From: Eledone cirrhosa
Lineage: Eukaryota
Direction of reading: 5' to 3'
Assembly (NCBI GenBank): GCA_964016885.1
Contig: OZ024750.1
Span: 10,788,001-10,852,000 of the forward strand
Length of the DNA stretch: 64,000 nt
Shown: piece after piece, positions 60,233-64,000 of the stretch
Layout of the letters: every line of letters begins with the position of its first letter
Position numbering within the stretch: the first letter of the stretch is position 1
The notes under the pieces: model-generated
What the model saw: the letters and a program-made list of their open reading frames with translations, nothing else
Database searches by the model: none
What the model was told of the DNA's origin: nothing
Made by a program: the position numbers and the translations under genes

Positions 60233-60373
60233 TATATATAAATAAATATATATATATAAATAAATATATATATATAAATAAATATATATAAATATATATA
60301 TATATAAATATATATATATATAAATATATATATATATAAATATATATATATATAAATATATATATATATAAAT

Positions 60374-60404
<31 letters not shown>

Positions 60405-60423
60405 AATATATATATATATAAAT

Positions 60424-60504
<81 letters not shown>

Positions 60505-60540
60505 AATATATATATAAATATATATATATATAAATATATA
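60233..60540. repeat. (TA)n/TAAA array
   Basis: Directly visible. Confidence 0.95.
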
Positions 60541-60584
60541 ATCTCGGGAATTTTATCCGCCCTATATATATATATATATATATA

Positions 60585-61081
60585 CGTTATTCCGGGTTGA
60601 GTCGGAGGTAACCACAGTAAGTAAGGTACTCAATACATTGCAGAGTATAAAAGTTTTAATATAGATGAGATTCTACAGGACTAGAACTGTTTCATTCTTT
60701 AGAAATCATCAGGAATCTGGGTATCAAAAAATAAGTATGGTATTTATAGGTCTCTTCAGGTGGTAGGAGAGGGTAGGGAGTGTGATGGGTGTAGGTCATT
60801 GGTTGAAAGAAAAGGGAATTCATTAAAAGCTAATTCTTCAAAGCTATAGTTTATTTTTAAAATAATGTTACTCTAAAAATATTACTCTAAAAATAAACTA
60901 TAGCTTTGAAGAATTAGCTTTTAATGAATTCCCTTTTCTATCAATCAATGACCTACACCCATCCCACTCCCTACCCTCTCCTACCACCTGAAGAGACCTA
61001 TAAATACCATACTTATTTTTTGATACCCAGATTCCTGTTGATTTCTGAAGAATGAAACAGTTCTAGTACTGTAGAATCTCA

Positions 61082-61084
<3 letters not shown>
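60585..61084 (-). mobile_element. Fold-back element G: about 200-bp inverted arms (about 60659-60859 and 60886-61087) plus a ~75-bp tail, between (TA)n tracts
   Basis: Arms are near-perfect reverse complements, each with a hammerhead motif. Confidence 0.92.
60668..60718 (-). ncRNA. Type I hammerhead ribozyme motif with intact core
   Basis: Minus strand AGATTC-CTGATGA-tTTCtaaaGAAt-GAAA-CAGttctagtcCTG-TA-GAATCT. The mirror copy at 61029-61079 (+) has CTGTTGA. Confidence 0.8.
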
Positions 61085-61147
<63 letters not shown>

Positions 61148-62850
61148 AGGAACAACGACGTATATCATCATCCATACATATAAACAACAGAGATCTGCAA
61201 CTCTTAAATTAGTTACAAGCCTTCGACCATGTATTTTCAAATATATAACCAACACAGCGTGACCTATGCTGAATCCTAACGACTACAATATATACATATG
61301 TAAATCTTCACTGAGACAAAATACGTTAAAAGAAACGTTTTCACGAAATAATCTAAACTTAAATACTCAAATACTTAAATTATACTTCTAACGGAATATA
61401 ATAAATATACTTTCTTTCCAGAGGTCTTGTATCTTAAGTGTCGTCTGCTTCATTTTGTTAGCAAACGACATATAATACAGTTAATGTACAAGTATTAGAT
61501 ATTTATAGTTATGCATTATTCACTGTTTGCTCTTATTCATTGTAGCGGTAAGATGCTATTTGTGGCATATGGACAAGTAAATCATTTGAAAAGGAGATAA
61601 ACATTATTTCAAAACTGTGCTGGAATTTTCTTAACTGCATATGGACCTATCATTTTACTGTCATTACCCACATATTTACAAGTGTGTATGTATATATATA
61701 TATACATACATACACACACACACACAAACAAACACACATATATATATGTAAGTGCATATAAGTGTATATATAAATATATACCTATGTTTATATATATATA
61801 TATATATAAATATATGTATATATATATATATAAACATAGATATATATTTATATATACACTTATATATATATAAATATATATATATATAAACATAGATATA
61901 TATTTATATATACACTTATATATATATAAATATATATATATATAAACATAGATATATATTTATATATACACTTATATATATATAAATATATATATATAAA
62001 TATATATATATAAATATATACATATATATATATATAAACATAGGTATATATTTATATATACACTTATATATATATAAATATATATATATAAATATATACA
62101 TATATATATATATATAAATATATACATATATATATATATATATAAATATATACATATGTTTATATATATATATATATATATACTTACACAGTCATACATA
62201 GCGTATGTTGAATGTATATGAGTTATGTTTGTGTACGTGTATGCACTTATATAACCCGGGAATTCAAGTCAAATTTAAATGCAGTTATAGAAATCCCATA
62301 AATAATATATTAGCGATAGGAAAAACTTTCATTGAAAGTACATATATCATTGTATTGGAGACTGTAATAACATATGAGAGGCTTTATTTTTTCTTTAAAC
62401 TCTAAGTCTATTAGCTAACTGGTTTACATCTTAGTAATATTACTATGATCAGTATTCAATGATATATATCAACGCAGCTAATGAAAGAGTAAATATAATC
62501 TATCAACTTGTGGCTTATATTTTCTCCAAACGACCACCATTATAACACTTCCATTGCTTGATATAAATATAATAATAAGATATAATAACGTGTATTTAAA
62601 TGTTATACATACTTCTATCGTAATGCTCGAATAAATGTATGTAAAATGATTGTATACATATATATATATATATTGTTCTGTTAATACAATTCACTTAAAT
62701 GACGACGGGTAGATATTTTGATAAAACAAATGAAATTTATAATCAATTAATTAAGATATGTATTCTTTCTTAGTGAGTCCACAGGATGATAGTGAAAAAG
62801 TTAGTAAGACTTATGTGAACGAAAGATGGAAAAATAGAAAATTCAAAAGG

Positions 62851-63046
62851 TATACTGTATGTTTAATTAAAAACATTTTGAACACCATGCGCTATGAGTT
62901 TTAAAGTAGTGACTATGTCACTTACTTATTCTCGGCAAAAATGCCGAGAATAAGTAAGTCACTACTTTAAAACTCATAGCGAATGGTCTTCAAAATGTTT
63001 TTAATTAAACATACAGTATATTGCCAAATATACTATACATACATTC
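62851..63046 (+). mobile_element. Fold-back element E: about 80-bp arms (62851-63020) plus a 26-bp tail ending at (TA)n
   Basis: Axis CTTACTTATTCTCGGCA-AAAA-TGCCGAGAATAAGTAAG. A family fragment is also at 13728-13800. Confidence 0.88.
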
Positions 63047-63062
63047 ATATATATATATATAT

Positions 63063-63508
63063 ATACGATATATTAACAAATGGAAACTATATTTATAAAA
63101 CCATATTTATTTCATTATACATATTTCAAGGACACCAAGTCAAATTATGGTGCGCTTTCATCAGATAAAATATAATAGAGATCAGTTTTATAAATAAATA
63201 TTGACATACCCTTAAAGAATGCGACCATTTCTGTTTTAAGCTCCCGGATAGTCAGAAATGGTCGCATTCTTTAAGGGTATGTCAATATTTATTTATAAAA
63301 GTGATCTAAATTATATTTTATCTGATGAAAGCGCACCATAATTTGACTTGGTGTCCTTGAAAAATGTATAATGAAATAAATATGGTTTTATAAATATAGT
63401 TTCCATTTAACAAATGTATCGTATTTTTACTCCAATAATTTGTTGAGTGCTTTATATCAGTTATAAAAATATTTTCTTGTTGTATCCCAACAATTTAAAT
63501 ATAACTTC

Positions 63509-63511
<3 letters not shown>
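63063..63511 (+). mobile_element. Fold-back element F: about 170-bp arms (63063-63233 and 63253-63424) plus a ~87-bp tail, between (TA)n tracts
   Basis: Near-perfect inverted arms. Hammerhead-like CTGATGA(63322)-aagcgCACCA...TGGTGtcctt-GAAA(63359)-aat-GTA with imperfect stems I and III. Confidence 0.88.
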
Positions 63512-63573
<62 letters not shown>

Positions 63574-63762
63574 AGTATTAATATATAAGAGAACAAAGAA
63601 TCAGAGTTGCATCATATACATATTTAATTACATATTACATATGTTTCACTGTCGATCAGCTCGAGGAACGATCTATTAATGATCGGAAGTATGTAGACTC
63701 GCCTCTATTGATACTCTGCTCTCCAAGAGCATCGAGTGCGCATTCGGCATACCGCCTTAACA

Positions 63763-63794
<32 letters not shown>

Positions 63795-63795
<1 letters not shown>

Positions 63796-64000
63796 CAGTA
63801 GAACACTGGAGGGTTATATCCGTAGTGGTAGAGCACCCAGTCCGTGGGAGGAGTTTGGTAGAAGTAGTTCCACAACAGTTAGTTCACCATACTGAGAACA
63901 AATGTTTCACCTTATTCAGATCCTCAGCTCGATTTAGACCGTCCTGGGGGTTCGAATAAGGTGAAACATTTGTTCTCGGTATGGTGAACTAACTGTTGTG
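63795..64000 (-). mobile_element. Fold-back element D, running off the window end, starting at (TA)n
   Basis: Arms 63871-63917 and 63954-64000 are reverse complements with one mismatch, around a 36-bp spacer. Confidence 0.85.

Noticed and set aside
63954-64000. Hammerhead 3' half in element D (GAAA-CAT...ATG)
   Set aside because: No valid UH cleavage site follows the putative stem III in either arm, and there is no CUGANGA.

Overview
AT-rich eukaryotic (animal) genomic DNA dominated by huge (TA)n/(TACA)n/(CA)n microsatellites. The repeat content suggests an octopod cephalopod, which is an inference. The only credible protein-coding region is an uninterrupted Sp-family transcription factor ORF (6064-7350, +) with a buttonhead box and three C2H2 zinc fingers, closest to the Sp6-9 group. 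Almost every other ORF in the track is a microsatellite artefact. The rest is mobile-element debris: about 20 full or partial copies of a tRNA-derived SINE with a Meta-type core, a second tRNA-derived SINE, 3' fragments of RTE, CR1 and CRE LINEs, a hAT/Charlie-type MITE, and minisatellites. The most striking signal is a set of at least nine short (about 150-560 bp), ORF-less fold-back elements from several sequence families, nearly all bounded by (TA)n tracts. They share the layout (TA)n - short arm - axis - long arm plus unique tail - (TA)n. Several carry type I hammerhead ribozyme motifs (CUGANGA...GAAA...GUH) pointing toward the tail, and four share a TTGAGTDCYT tail motif. They look like non-autonomous, microsatellite-targeting Penelope-like pseudo-LTR derivatives, apparently made by cDNA snap-back at or near the ribozyme.
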